Below are positions 19,879 to 31,524 of a stretch of 64,000 nt of DNA, one piece after another; position 1 is the first letter of the stretch; each line of letters begins with the position of its first letter. Origin of the DNA: Candidatus Poribacteria bacterium (GTDB lineage: Bacteria; Poribacteria; WGA-4E; PCPOR2b). The DNA lies in the NCBI GenBank assembly GCA_965218095.1, contig OZ244587.1:1696001-1760000 (forward strand). The letters are read 5' to 3'. The notes under the pieces are model-generated. The model was given only the letters and a program-made list of their open reading frames with translations. It did not search any database and had not been told where the DNA came from. A program made the translations under genes and the position numbers.

Positions 19879-20273
19879 GATGAATCCTTTCGATATGTGA
19901 GCGGTGCATTTGGGTTTACACTTAGAATACATCATTAGAAGCGGAATGTCAATAGATTAAAGTGAAAACACCGGCGCATTGTGCAAAGCATCGGTTTCAG
20001 AAACGGCGACATTGCATTATTGCCCACCTTTCCAAAAGTTCATCAAACTTGTTGATTAAAGAAATCTGCTAGATTACAATTGGCCAAAACGAGTTGATTC
20101 AAACAGAGCAAAGGTTAAAAATCAAATTGGAATTATATAATTCCGAAACCGCGGATGATTCCCAGGTCCGCCGGGGATTAGTATCAAGTATAAAGTGGGT
20201 TGTATTACGTTGAACTACGAATCAACCCAAAATGCTTATCCCTGAGTCAATCGGGGCAAATGAGAATCAATCG

Positions 20274-20657
20274 ATGAAAACCGAAGCACTTCGTTTGACT
20301 CTTTTCGTGTGGATTTGCCTCTGCTTCTCCACGCTCAACCGGGTTTCTGTTTCCCAAAATTATCAGGATTATCAGACGTGGAATTTACCCGACGATGCGA
20401 TTGCCCGCTTGGGAAAAGAGGACATTAGTCAAGGCGACAGAGTGGTCGCCTTTTCGCCCGATGGGAGACGCCTCGGTGTAGCAAGTACCATTGGCGTCTG
20501 GCTTTATAACGTGAAGACGACTCGTGAAGTCGCGCTCCCCACCGGGCATTCGGGTTGGATGCACGCTGTGGCATTCTCGCCCGATGGCACAAAACTCGCT
20601 TCGGGGTCATTCGAGGGGACGGTTCTGGTATGGAATCTGGAACCGGCTGATCACTGA
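20274..20657 (+). pseudogene. Short, internally deleted WD40-repeat protein
   Basis: QDYQTWNLPDDAIARLGK, AFSPDG x2, GH...VAFSPDGTKLASGS..GTVLVWN; too few repeats for a propeller. Confidence 0.7.
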
Positions 20658-20735
20658 GTCTGCGATGCCGGAGGGTAGGCTCCAAACGGTGCGGGTGGGG
20701 TGAGCGTTTTTTCGGTGAGTTAATGTCGTTGAATG

Positions 20736-21812
20736 TTACCACAATGTGAAAGCATATTGCCAACCGGCAACGAACCCCTAGTCAAGCTCCATTTGAGGAC
20801 CGTCTAGGTGCTGATAGACCGGAACCCAGAGCTCGAGTGCGAAACGTTGTCCTGCTAAAAAACCACCGAGCCGGTCAGGGAAGATTAAGTTGGTACCCGC
20901 GAGAAGGCTTCCACATGTGCCGCCGCGAAGATGCGGAGCCATTGTGGGGGCCATTTCCGGCTTGAGGGCTTCATCGCTTCCGGCTATATTTCCCCAATTT
21001 TCAAAAAGTGCGCGAACTGAAACGCTAACCCAGTCGTTCAAGCGGCGCGCACCCCATATCGTCGACGCAGTGGCTGGGCCGAGACGGTAGCCTCGGCTGT
21101 TTTCATTCAATGGGACCGCTGCGCGCGTTTGGCCTCCAAAAGACCAATTGCCTAGCGTTGCGGTAAACGTTACGCTTGGCATCAGCTCAAAAGAGCCGGA
21201 GCCTAATTGCATGGGGTACGGTAGGAGACCGTTTTTACCCGCCTCCTCAATGGAGCCTGTGGGAATAGAGAACCCGGCATTGAAGATGAAGGCCGCATCT
21301 TGTGTCCGGAGAAGGGGAATCAGGGCGGAAAGTTTTAAATCACTTAGCCCGGCACTTTCCATCTCATGAGGTCCGACCGGATGGTCGTGGTCTCCATGAG
21401 CATGCGTGTGTGTTGCATCTCCTTCCATTTTCATGAAATTGTTCCGATAGCTCGTCATGGTCATGAGGGTGATGCGGTTATGTGGTGCGAACATCACCCC
21501 GAACATGTGCATCTGCATGCTCATGTGAGTGGGAGTTATCGCAAATTCTTCTAGGACCTCATCTGATGAGATTGGCTCGGTACCGACTCTGAGTCCATCC
21601 ATTCCCATCCCCATAAAACGGTATGACAACATCCATTCACCCTTTTCATGGGTATGGTCGCCCATAACCCCTAGGGGTGCATGACTGTCAGGACGAGTTG
21701 ATTCTTGTTCGGATCCAGCGGTTTCTCCATTTGCCAGAACCGTTGAAACGTCTGTGTTCGTCAACACGAATAACACCGATAGTATGATTGAACATTGTGT
21801 GAGTATCTTCAT
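20736..21812 (-). pseudogene. His/Met-rich outer-membrane transporter (MetA-pathway-like barrel) with a premature TAG near the C-terminus
   Basis: RPDSHAPLGVMGDHTH, LPYPMQLGSG; TAG at 20778-20780 is followed in frame by GFVAGWQYAFTLW-stop. Confidence 0.75.
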
Positions 21813-21849
21813 TGGACTGCTCCTTTTTGTGGGTTTATGCAATTTCCTA

Positions 21850-22057
21850 ACTTACCTTTCGCATTATTTCGGAACAGTTTTTCTAATTTTTAGATCCAGT
21901 CGTAGCAAGGGTTCCCAACAGCCTGATTCGATGGATTGCCACATCACTGCAAAGGTCGTGTTTCTCAAGTGAAACGGCCGATTATTAGATCTGTGCTACG
22001 TGCGGGTTCGTACTCCGAAATTAAAAAAACTTCCTCGGGATTACGCGAAAGGTAGGT
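21850..22057. repeat. MITE-like element with about 39-bp imperfect inverted ends
   Basis: CTTACCTTTCGCATTATTTCGGAACAGTTTTTCTAATTT versus reverse complement CCTACCTTTCGCGTAATCCCGAGGAAGTTTTTTTAATTT. Confidence 0.6.
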
Positions 22058-22346
22058 TTAAAGATGGAACCGACCTCGAATTGACAACCAATGGCAGCAA
22101 CTTTCTGTTTGCTGGCGGTCCATGGCAGACATGTATTGATAAACAAGATTATATCTAGTTTTCATCTGCATTCGCAACAGCTATCATTGATTTAGTCAAA
22201 GCCTTGGGTTTGTCATTGGGCAGCCCTGCAGGTATGTATTGTCCCGGTGATAATACCCGCTTTGACAAAGCTTTCCCCTAGTGCTGTGCACCCCAAACCC
22301 AAATTAACTAAAAACCCTTTCCCTTCCTTTCAAACTTGATACTCTC

Positions 22347-23429
22347 TCAAGCCAACTCCCAACCATACTCCCTTGCGGCGACATAAGGAAGTTGTCCGCT
22401 CTTGAGCATTAACTCAAGTGGCGACTCCTTTTGGGTTAGCGGAAACGAGACCTTCGCTCGCCCAAGTCGTTCCGATTCGTAGGCGGCAAGGCACATCTCC
22501 AGAGCCGCTCGACCATCGTATCCGCTGGAGGGTAGCTCCTCCTGATCCGCGTCGAGACAGGCGACCATCTCCCACGCTCCTTCGCTCGGTGGATTTCCCG
22601 TCGCTTCACCAATGATCTCGCTTCCTACCGCCTCAATTTGCTCTCCTTCGCGGAAATCTCCCAAACCACCGTCTTTCCTCCAGAGCCGGATCAGCGGTTG
22701 CCAGCCACGATGCGGACGAATCTCTATCTTGCCTTCGCTTCCCTCAAGGAACAAGCACCCGTCCAGCCGGTAATTCCAGTGCCCCCCACTTTGGAACAAG
22801 GCAGTTGTACCGCTTTTGAGACCGAAGAAACTCGTGACCCTCTCACGTTCATTACTTCGATTGACAGTCGCGATCACCCACTCGGCATCCCCGCCGAAAA
22901 AGCGAATGGCGTCACAACTGTGTGTGCCGTTGTGCAGGAGTGTGCTTGTATCACCGTAGTTCTGCACCTCGATGTGTAAGAGATCCCCAATCTCGCCTGC
23001 GTCGACCATCTGTTTGACACGACGCCAGTTTGGTTCAAACCGCATTGTGTGGTCAATTGCCAGTTTGGCGCCAGACCGCTCACACGCTTCGATGACCCGA
23101 TCCGCGTCCCCCATGCTCAACGCCATCGGCTTTTCGCAGAGAATCGCTCTGACGCCAGCCTCCGCTGCCGCGATCGTCGGCTCGACATGCTCGCGGTTGT
23201 GTGTTGTCACACCGATGATGTCGAGCACTTCTTTAGATAGCATTTCGTGCATGTCCGTGTACACCGCTGGAATCCCCCACTTCTCGACGAATCCTCTCAC
23301 CTTCTCTTCAATGATGTCGCAAGCAGCGACAATCTCCACGCGATCGTGGAGCTGCTGAAACGCGGCAGCGTAGTTTCCACCGATGCTCCCACAACCGATA
23401 ATTCCGACACGGTACTTTGTTTTGGGCAT
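22347..23429 (-). CDS. Gfo/Idh/MocA family oxidoreductase
   Basis: GIIGCGSIG, CEKPMA, GTHSCD. Confidence 0.92.
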   Translation of the reverse strand: MPKTKYRVGIIGCGSIGGNYAAAFQQLHDRVEIVAACDIIEEKVRGFVEKWGIPAVYTDMHEMLSKEVLDIIGVTTHNREHVEPTIAAAEAGVRAILCEKPMALSMGDADRVIEACERSGAKLAIDHTMRFEPNWRRVKQMVDAGEIGDLLHIEVQNYGDTSTLLHNGTHSCDAIRFFGGDAEWVIATVNRSNERERVTSFFGLKSGTTALFQSGGHWNYRLDGCLFLEGSEGKIEIRPHRGWQPLIRLWRKDGGLGDFREGEQIEAVGSEIIGEATGNPPSEGAWEMVACLDADQEELPSSGYDGRAALEMCLAAYESERLGRAKVSFPLTQKESPLELMLKSGQLPYVAAREYGWELA

Positions 23430-23461
23430 CTCCCTTGTCCTCCTATCTCCCTTGTCCTCCT
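23428..23461. repeat. 17-bp perfect tandem duplication covering the RBS
   Basis: ATCTCCCTTGTCCTCCT x2. Confidence 0.9.
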
Positions 23462-23891
23462 ATTTGAGTGCCAGCCAAAAGAAAGTGGAGTTGATTCTCA
23501 ACTTTGCATAGCCCCGGTCGGTCGATGGTATTAAGCACGTTGTGCCGGACAAAAGGACTTTCCGTCCAGAGTAGTTTCGTTTTCGCCAGATCTTCAACGC
23601 AATTTCTACATTTTTAAGCGACCTCTATCAATTTCCCGCGTGATTTGAAACGCTATGAACAAGAGTGTTTCATACCGAAATTTTCGGACGAAGAGCGGAG
23701 TTCCGAAATTTGATTGGCATTCGGTTGATCCAAAATGGTAGAATTGAAGCCATTCGGGTGCGAAATCGGCGTGGGCGAGGTCCCACCCGACACCCATAAC
23801 AACGGGCAAGGCCGTTGATGTGCTGAATTTGCTGACCTGAGCAGGTTCGCATAGATTGCAGTAAATCGCCAAAAGACAGGAGCTGAGTTCT

Positions 23892-24923
23892 ATGATGAAA
23901 ACCAATAAGAGCTGCTGCGTCGTCTTTGTCTCGCTTACCGGAGACCAACAAATCAAACTTTACGACCTGGACCCCAATTCGGGCGCACTACAACTGCGGT
24001 CGACCAGCAACGCCCATGGCCCCTCAGGTGCCCTCTGTCTGCACCCATCAAAAAAGGTGGTGCTAGCAGCCCATGTGGGGTCAACGACGTTGGCCAGTTT
24101 TCGTCTCGACGTAAACTCAGGTGAGCTTACGCTCATCAACAGGGTGGACACGGGCATCGGCATTCCGGCCCATCTAATCACTGATGGCAGAGGTCGCTTT
24201 CTGCTCACCGCGTACTACGGTGGGGGCGGTGTGACCGTGCATCGGCTGGGCGATGATGGCGCTATCGAACAACTCGTGCAGTATATCAATACCGGCGAGA
24301 AGGCCCACGCCATTCTCTTGGCAGCCGCAGATCGCTTCGTCTTTGTACCACATGTTTGTCCAACCAACAAGACCTGTCAATTTCGCTTTGATAGCGAGTC
24401 TGGCCTGCTAGTGTCCAATGACCCCGCCGAACTTTCACCACCCACTGAACAAACCGGCCCTCGCCATATCTGTTTTAGGCCCCAAGGAGATGTGGCCTAC
24501 ATCGTCAACGAACAGGGGAACACGGTGACTGCCCACCGCTTCGACGCAGAACACGGCACGCTTGAGATCTTCCAAAATATCTCGACCTTGCCATTGGATT
24601 ATACAGAAGGCGGGGCCACGGCCCATGTGGAAGTGCATCCGAACGGCAAGTGGGTTTATGCGTCCAATCGTGGTCACGACAGCATTGTCGGGTTCAATAT
24701 CGACCCAGGCGGCGCGCTCAACCCGTTTGGGCACGTTTCGGTCCCGGCGAGTCCGCGGTCATTCAATATTGATCCGACCGGTGAATATTTGTACTGCGCT
24801 GGGGAGGCTGCCAACATAATGACTTGCTATCGTGTGGATACGGCAAGCGGCGAGTTGCATGCGTTGGCAGACTACGCCGTTGGTAAGCAGCCGTTCTGGG
24901 TTATGGCGACCCCACTGGGTTAG
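23892..24923 (+). CDS. pgl: 6-phosphogluconolactonase-like (lactonase beta-propeller)
   Basis: GPRHICF, YIVNE, HPNGKWVYASNRGHDSI, PRSFNIDPTG. Confidence 0.85.
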   Translation: MMKTNKSCCVVFVSLTGDQQIKLYDLDPNSGALQLRSTSNAHGPSGALCLHPSKKVVLAAHVGSTTLASFRLDVNSGELTLINRVDTGIGIPAHLITDGRGRFLLTAYYGGGGVTVHRLGDDGAIEQLVQYINTGEKAHAILLAAADRFVFVPHVCPTNKTCQFRFDSESGLLVSNDPAELSPPTEQTGPRHICFRPQGDVAYIVNEQGNTVTAHRFDAEHGTLEIFQNISTLPLDYTEGGATAHVEVHPNGKWVYASNRGHDSIVGFNIDPGGALNPFGHVSVPASPRSFNIDPTGEYLYCAGEAANIMTCYRVDTASGELHALADYAVGKQPFWVMATPLG

Positions 24924-24986
24924 GTCCGCTCAGGCTTGCGACCCAAAGTGTCCATCGGATCGAACGAAGATTTTCTTCGTATATAT

Positions 24987-25126
24987 CAGGACTTACGCAT
25001 TTTAAGGTTGCAGGTTCGCCTCAAATCCTTGCTGTCTCTTGAATCTTGAATCCAACACTGACACAAGATACATGAGGCCAGATACAGAAAACATGTAGAT
25101 TTCTTATCGTAACTGCGTAAGTCCTA
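24987..25126. mobile_element. MITE with AGGACTTACGCA inverted ends (IS701/IS4-type ends)
   Basis: CAGGACTTACGCA...TGCGTAAGTCCTA with TATA-rich flanks. Confidence 0.75.
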
Positions 25127-25200
25127 TATATTTTCACACGAATGGGTGCAGCACACTGATGTGCCTTGCCGCTTGAGGTCAGCCATGCGTGTCATCCGAA

Positions 25201-26915
25201 CTATCCAGGCGTCACGTACGACAAGTCCCAATCGCCGAGTTTACGTAGATCCATGCGTGAGCCCGACAAGTCGGACTCACCCGACGCCCGCCACGCGTCG
25301 ATCTCGTCACGATGTCCCAGCCGCCGTAGCGCGTTCCACATGGCGCGACAGTTAGCGCGCCCCGAGCCCCCGGCGCAATCCCAAAAGAACATGTGCTCGA
25401 CGCCGGCGCTATAGACGGTCGCCGCACGGCGCCGAAACGCATCCGGGGTCATGTGGCGCAGCATGAGATTCGGGGCCAGAATGCATGACGTTCCGCGAAC
25501 TAGTTCAACGAAGAACTCAAGTTGCTTCGGATCGGTCCAGGCCATCGTGTTGCTGTCATAGTTCGCCCCCGACGTATAGGGGATAAGCGTGTCCACCAAA
25601 GCTTCGCCCACCCATACCGCCAGGTCCATCCCGTTGACCAGATTCTCCTGCCCGGTACCACCCACGACCGCTGATACCTCGATACGCTTGGCCCGCCCCT
25701 GTGTGTGTGTCTCCTGGTCCATCGCGTCGCGAACCTCTCGCATGAACGTCGTCAGAACGCCCACCCGATACGACAGCCAACGCGGATCATGCACGTCTAG
25801 TTCGCGCGGATTGTCGCCGAACTCTTGCTTGAATCCCGCGACGACTGGCGGCTCGTACTCCACCAACGGCATTCGGCGGTTGTAGAGCAAGCAGACGCCG
25901 TCGATCGGCCGCTGGGCCATCTCGCGAAGTAGCGAGATGACGAACTAGCGGACCTCCAGAAAACTGTAGGCCATTCGCGGCGTGCACCGGCCGGCCCGGT
26001 CCTCGCACCGCCACTCTGGATGCGCCTTGTAGAAGGTATCTCCCGAATTCGAATGGTTAAGTAGCGGTGGGTAATGAAAACCGGCTACCCGATAGCAAGC
26101 GTGAAACTGGAGTCCGATCTCGTGCGCATACTCAAGCGCAACATCGAATGGATCGATCGTCTGTTGCCGGAACTCGCGCCAGCTTTCGACGTGTAAACGG
26201 TCTCCGCGACGGCCGAAATCGGTGACATCAAGCGTGTGCCTCCGCCCAATCTGACTGAAATATGAGGTCTGGTTGCCACCACCCGCTTCCCAGTACATGC
26301 GCGAGAAATCTGTGTCACGATATGGCTCGATCTCGCGCCGAACGTGCTCAGGAGTGGTCAAACGGTACTGGTAGTGTGGCCCGCGGGCGTCGTTGTGAGC
26401 AAACAATCGCCGGGTGTCGGACTGCTGATTGTCTGCTTGAAAGACACGGGCCTCTGCATCTGTCAGCGGCACAACCTTGAGGTAAGCCACCCGTGCCGGC
26501 GAGCACTCGAACGAGCCAGCGGCGCCACCCGGGCGCAGATCTGCCCAATGTTCAAATCATGACCCGTCAGGTCGGTGATCCGCCAGAACATCTCGACGAT
26601 CTGCTGACCATGATGCCCACCGCCGCTTTGCGGCGGCAGCGAGACCACCGTGAAGGTCTCGTCTCCACTGCGCTTGAGGAGAACCACTAGAGCTGGTGAC
26701 CTTCCTCGGGAAATTGGCAAGACCCCAATAGACACCGCGTGCAGACCGCGAACGCCTAACAGATAGGTGATAGTGGGGGCCGCCGTCTCCGGCCCGGCCA
26801 GCAACATCACGCCGGATAGCGCGTCTGCAGGCGTGCAGCGATCCAAATCCGTCCGATAGTTAGGCTGTCCGCTCAACCAACCATCACCAATTCGGTCGAT
26901 CGTTTCAGTTGCCAT
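25201..26915 (-). pseudogene. Disrupted GHL10-like (family 10 glycosyl hydrolase-like) TIM-barrel protein
   Basis: Three consecutive fragments: frameshift near 26480, in-frame TAG at 25945; YAHEIGLQFHACYR, HPEW, IDGVCL.Y.R, MFFWD. Confidence 0.7.
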
Positions 26916-27199
26916 TTACAGCCTCCTTGCAGCTTTTTTGTTCTTTTCAAACTTAAAACGACTTGATTATTGTAGTACAAAGGGTAAGTCAAGTCAAGAA
27001 TAAATTCAGTTGTAGTTCATGAATGAATGGCGCGGACTTAAGGACACATGAAATGCCGTAACCCCCTCTATCACTGGGCTGGTTCAATCTCAACGGAAGA
27101 ACAGAGAGACGTGATGGAACCTTCAGGTAGTCGGCCGTTCCCTTGATGAGGCGATAAGAAGTTCGATAATGTACAGCGGGCGACTGACGCCTTCGCCGC

Positions 27200-27922
27200 G
27201 GTGGGATGTGCCGGAGTCGGATCCGGTCTGGACCGAGTTTGCCGACAAGGGATGGACGCATTTCGCGCGGTCCCAAGACGGCGGCGTGACGTGACACTAC
27301 ATGTATGCGGTCGACAAAGGTGAAGCCCGCACGTGCAAGGCCTCGGGCAGGTCAAGACGCTGACAGACGACATTGCCACAGCCACGTTCTGTATGACCGA
27401 CGAGTATCATATCGATCACATCTGGCGGTCCACCGACAGCGGTAAGTCCTTCAATCTGAGCAATCCCATCACCCATCACTCGGCCGAGACCCATATCAAG
27501 CAACTTCCATCCGGCTGGTTGTTGGGCGTGGTCCGTACAGTTTACCCACAATACGAAGATTCGCGGAACAAGCGCACGACCATGATCGCCTCCGACGATA
27601 ACGGCTAAACGGCTACACTTGGAGCGACCGTGTGATGCTCACGACCGAACTCGGAGACTGCCCAGGCGAGTTCATTTCCCTGCCCGATGGTCGGGTAGTT
27701 TTTCTGAAGTGGTACACACCGGCCGCCATCGTGGCCAGAGTTTCGCATGATGAGGGCCGAACCTGGAACGGGCCAATCTACCTAGTGCGCCAGATAGAGG
27801 GCGAGAACTCTGGCGTCTATCCGTCCAGTATGGTGATGGACGACGGGACGATTCTGACCATTTCGTCGACGCACGAGGGCACGCCGCTTCAGGCCATACG
27901 ATGGAAATTGCCGCCTTTGTAG
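27200..27922 (+). pseudogene. Sialidase/BNR-repeat protein remnant
   Basis: Asp-boxes STDSGKSF, SDDNG*, SHDEGRTW; GVYPSS...DDGTILT. Confidence 0.75.
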
Positions 27923-27982
27923 TGCTCGACTTCGCCGTAGCAGCGCCGGTCACCTGGGGCCGCTAGTCGACACGAGGAGGTG

Positions 27983-28147
27983 ATGCGGTTTGTTAGCGAA
28001 GGGACGGCTGTTGGCGTTGTGGATATTGACGCGGCAAGTGCGGAGGCAGTCGCCAATGAGATCGGCAAAGCGGGCGGGAAAGCAAAGGCAGTTATCGGCG
28101 ATCTGCTGCAAGACGAAGATGTCATTCGGGTAGTCGAGGCCGTGTGA
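27983..28147 (+). pseudogene. SDR oxidoreductase internal fragment
   Basis: RFVSEGTAVGVVDID...AEAVANEIGKAGGKAKAVIGDL. Confidence 0.65.
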
Positions 28148-28247
28148 ATTCGGTCTGTCCGGAGCCAATCGAGACGCCAATGCTGAAGATCTTCATGGCC
28201 CGTCCAGACCAGCAGACCGACCCAGAGGCGAATCTGGAGATGATGGG

Positions 28248-28394
28248 TTACCCTCGGTCGGACGGGTCAGCCCAACGAGGGAGCGCGTTTGGTATAATTA
28301 AATAGCCTTTTTCCCACAGCGTGGCTTCCCACTCGGCAAGTTGCGCTTCATCCGGTTTTTCTTTGTTGAACTCAGGAATATCAACAATAGGCAT
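28248..28394 (-). pseudogene. N-terminal fragment of a phytanoyl-CoA dioxygenase-like protein
   Basis: MPIVDIPE...LWEKGYLIIPNALP then truncation; GGAGAGG RBS. Confidence 0.5.
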
Positions 28395-28587
28395 AAAGCC
28401 TCTCCTTCAATTAGAAATTCTTGACAAGGCGCTCAACTCTGACTTTTGTTTCAACCTTCTTCAGATATCGCAAAAATGCCTCGATTTTCCGATCTTCTAA
28501 CGAATTGCAATAAATTCCCTCACGTCAGGTTGGTAAAGTTTATCACAGATCTGCGGTAGAGAGCAGCCCAAAAGTGAGGGTTGTGCT

Positions 28588-28616
28588 TGACATAAACCGA
28601 AAATTTGTGTAAAATA
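28588..28616 (+). promoter_or_regulatory. Sigma70-like promoter
   Basis: TTGACA-17 nt-TAAAAT. Confidence 0.6.
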
Positions 28617-28845
28617 TTTAAATAGTTGAAGGTTGTTCTATTAACCCATCGCGGGGCAGCGAGAGTGAAGGAACAGTTTTGGTTTGCAAAGCCCCTTTCC
28701 ATTTTTCAGCCAACCATTGTTTCCTGCCAAGCCCCCTGCCATTTGAACGACATCGTATCAGCCGGCTTTCCCGTTATCTTAGATTATTCTACCAACAACC
28801 TACAAGCCTACTGCTCCGTCAAGTTGAATCTGATGATAAATCCCC

Positions 28846-29136
28846 AAAGAAAGACTTACTGACCCAGAATATGCAAGGGATTTTCTTGATGTTTCTCTTG
28901 AAGAATACGAGAAAGATGGAAACAAGAAGGCATTTTTACGGGCGCTCCGGTATGTTGCTGAAGTACAAGGAGGAATTTCTCATTTAGCTGCAGAGACCAA
29001 TCTGAACCGACCCAATCTTCACAAACTGCTGTCTAAGGAAGACAATCCAAGACTGGAGACCATAGGTGCGATACTCCATGCTTTGGGTTATCGTTTATCA
29101 GTCTCATCACTTGAGCGTGAAACGATTCCGTCTTGA
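28846..29136 (+). pseudogene. Addiction-module antidote (HTH) protein lacking its start
   Basis: Manual translation LTDPEYARDFL...AFLRALRYVAEVQGGISHLAAETNLNRPNLHKLLS...NPRLETIGAILHALGYRL; in-frame stops upstream, no toxin gene. Confidence 0.75.
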
Positions 29137-29163
29137 CGGGGTGATGGGAACGGGAAATGGAGG

Positions 29164-30420
29164 ATGGGAACTATGTCACAACAATTTGGGACTAAAATCG
29201 GTGAACAAATGAGGGTAGCCCCAGCACGTTTCATCTATATGGACTGCCATGCCACCACGCCCCTTGACCCGCAGGTGCTAGAAGCGATAATGCCGTACCT
29301 GACCACCCATTTCGGCAACGCCGCCAGTAGCACACACGTCTTTGGTCAAAAAGCAAAGGAAGCGGTGGATCACGCTCGACAACAGGTCGCAGATCTAATC
29401 GACTGTTCCCCAGAGGAGATTGTATTCACTAGCGGTGCAACGGAATCTGATAACCTTGCTGTCAAGGGAGTTGCGTATCAACACAGACATAAAGGGAGTC
29501 ATATTGTTACCAGCACCGTCGAACACCACGCGGTTTTAGATTCGTGCAAGGCATTGGAGGAGGCAGGCTTTGATGTGACCTATCTTCCCATTGATAAGTA
29601 TGGTATGGTTCACCCGCAGCAGGTCGAAGATGCTATCACAGATCAGACGATACTAATTAGCCTGATTTACGGGAACGGTGAGGTCGGTACAATCAACCCC
29701 ATCTCAGAAGTTGGCGAGATCGCCGAGCGACATGATATACTTTTCCATTCTGATGCAACGCAGGGGGTCGGCAAAGTTGAATCGGGCGTCAATAAACTGA
29801 AAGTGGATCTGATGTCGTTCACTGCTCACAAGATATACGGTCCCAAAGGCATCGGCGCGCTTTATGTCCGCAAGAAACATCCACCGATTCAATTGTATCC
29901 ACTCCTTCACGGTGGCGGTCAGGAAAATAACATCAGATCCGGGACACTCAACGTTCCCGGCATCGTCGGTTTCGGGGCGGCTTGTGAACTTTGCAAAGAG
30001 GCGATGGCGGAAGAAGCGAAACGAATTGCGGCTTTACGCGGGCGGCTTCATCACGGGTTATCCAAACGAATCGATTTCATCCACCTCAACGGACACCCGA
30101 AAAAACGCCACCCCGGCAATCTCAATCTCAGCTTTGAGTTTGTTGAAAGCCAATCTGTATTGTTAGGCTTGAAAGAGATTGCGCTTTCATCAGGGTCCGC
30201 TTGTAACTCTGATTCCGTTGAGCCATCTTATGTCTTACGCGCGATGGGCGTCAAAGACGAACTTGCCCTCGCCGCTATCCGTTTCGGATTGGGACGCTCC
30301 AACACGGCAGAGGAAGTCGATGAGGTCGTTGATCGCGTGGCGAAACAGGTCACCCGTTTGCGCGAATTGTCTCCGCTCTATGAGATGGCGCAGGGTAGAA
30401 GCTACAAAGCAACAGCATAA
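29164..30420 (+). CDS. iscS: Cysteine desulfurase
   Basis: YMDCHATTP, HSDATQ, TAHKIYGPKG, RSGTLNV, SSGSAC, LRELSPLYEM. Confidence 0.95.
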   Translation: MGTMSQQFGTKIGEQMRVAPARFIYMDCHATTPLDPQVLEAIMPYLTTHFGNAASSTHVFGQKAKEAVDHARQQVADLIDCSPEEIVFTSGATESDNLAVKGVAYQHRHKGSHIVTSTVEHHAVLDSCKALEEAGFDVTYLPIDKYGMVHPQQVEDAITDQTILISLIYGNGEVGTINPISEVGEIAERHDILFHSDATQGVGKVESGVNKLKVDLMSFTAHKIYGPKGIGALYVRKKHPPIQLYPLLHGGGQENNIRSGTLNVPGIVGFGAACELCKEAMAEEAKRIAALRGRLHHGLSKRIDFIHLNGHPKKRHPGNLNLSFEFVESQSVLLGLKEIALSSGSACNSDSVEPSYVLRAMGVKDELALAAIRFGLGRSNTAEEVDEVVDRVAKQVTRLRELSPLYEMAQGRSYKATA

Positions 30421-30439
30421 TAAAATCGAGAGGAAGTAA

Positions 30440-31396
30440 ATGAATCTGTTCAAAAAAGGTAAGAATGTAGATACAAAAGATCAAGCACCTGCTCGTCCGC
30501 GCGTGGCGAGCCATCCAGAGCTCAAAATGGCAAATACACCACCGGCTGGCAGACCCACCACCCCACAGATGGGAATGCCACCACAGGGGCAACCGCAAAA
30601 TATCCTCATCCCGGATGTCCAGTATAAGATTGCCGTGGCGAGTGGAAAGGGCGGCGTTGGTAAATCGACGGTTGCTACAAATCTAGCGATCGCTTTGGCG
30701 CAAAAGGGTACAAAGGTCGGGCTGATGGATGCAGATGCATACGGGCCAAGCATCCCCACCATGATGGGGGCGAAAGAACAACCGCAGACAAGTCCAGAAA
30801 AGAAACTCATCCCGATCGTCAGGCACGGCATCAAGCTGATGTCAATCGGCTTTCTGGTGCCTGATGAACAAGCGATGATCTGGCGAGGACCTATGTTACA
30901 TAGTGCCGTCCGTCAATTTCTTGGTGATGTAAATTGGGGCGAACTGGATTATCTCATCATCGATCTACCCCCCGGCACAGGAGATGTCGCCCTCTCCTTA
31001 ACGCAGTCGGTTCCGTTAACGGGCGGTGTGATTGTGACGACGCCACAGGATGTCGCGTTGGCTGATGTAAGACGCGGCGTCGCTATGTTTGAAAAACTGG
31101 GTGTACCGATTCTGGGGGTCATTGAAAATATGAGCTATTTCGCATGTCCTTATTGTGGAGAGAGAACCGCCATCTTCAGGGCAGATGGCGGGGTAAAAAC
31201 CAGTGAAAAACTGGGGGTTTCATTCTTGGGGCAGATTCCTCTCGATCCTGAAGTTTGTACTGCTGGCGACCTTGGCGTGCCAATCGTCGCATCTCACCCG
31301 GATTCGCCGCAATCCGAAGCGTTCCGTAATGTAGCCAATCTGCTTGTGGAAGAGCTCCGTAATCAGGACTTAGAAGGGGAATTAACGATTATTTAG
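30440..31396 (+). CDS. mrp: Mrp/ApbC/NBP35 Fe-S cluster carrier ATPase
   Basis: ASGKGGVGKST, MIWRGPM, DLPPGTGD, ENMSYFACPYC. Confidence 0.95.
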   Translation: MNLFKKGKNVDTKDQAPARPRVASHPELKMANTPPAGRPTTPQMGMPPQGQPQNILIPDVQYKIAVASGKGGVGKSTVATNLAIALAQKGTKVGLMDADAYGPSIPTMMGAKEQPQTSPEKKLIPIVRHGIKLMSIGFLVPDEQAMIWRGPMLHSAVRQFLGDVNWGELDYLIIDLPPGTGDVALSLTQSVPLTGGVIVTTPQDVALADVRRGVAMFEKLGVPILGVIENMSYFACPYCGERTAIFRADGGVKTSEKLGVSFLGQIPLDPEVCTAGDLGVPIVASHPDSPQSEAFRNVANLLVEELRNQDLEGELTII

Positions 31397-31524
31397 AATC
31401 CCCTTTCCCTATCCGTTCCTATATTTCACACCAATCGCTCAAGCCGAGTTTTCTGATATTGTCTGCTGAAGAAATCTCGGCTTTTGTGGTTTTATCTTAC
31501 GTTTTATACTTATGAGGTATTTCC

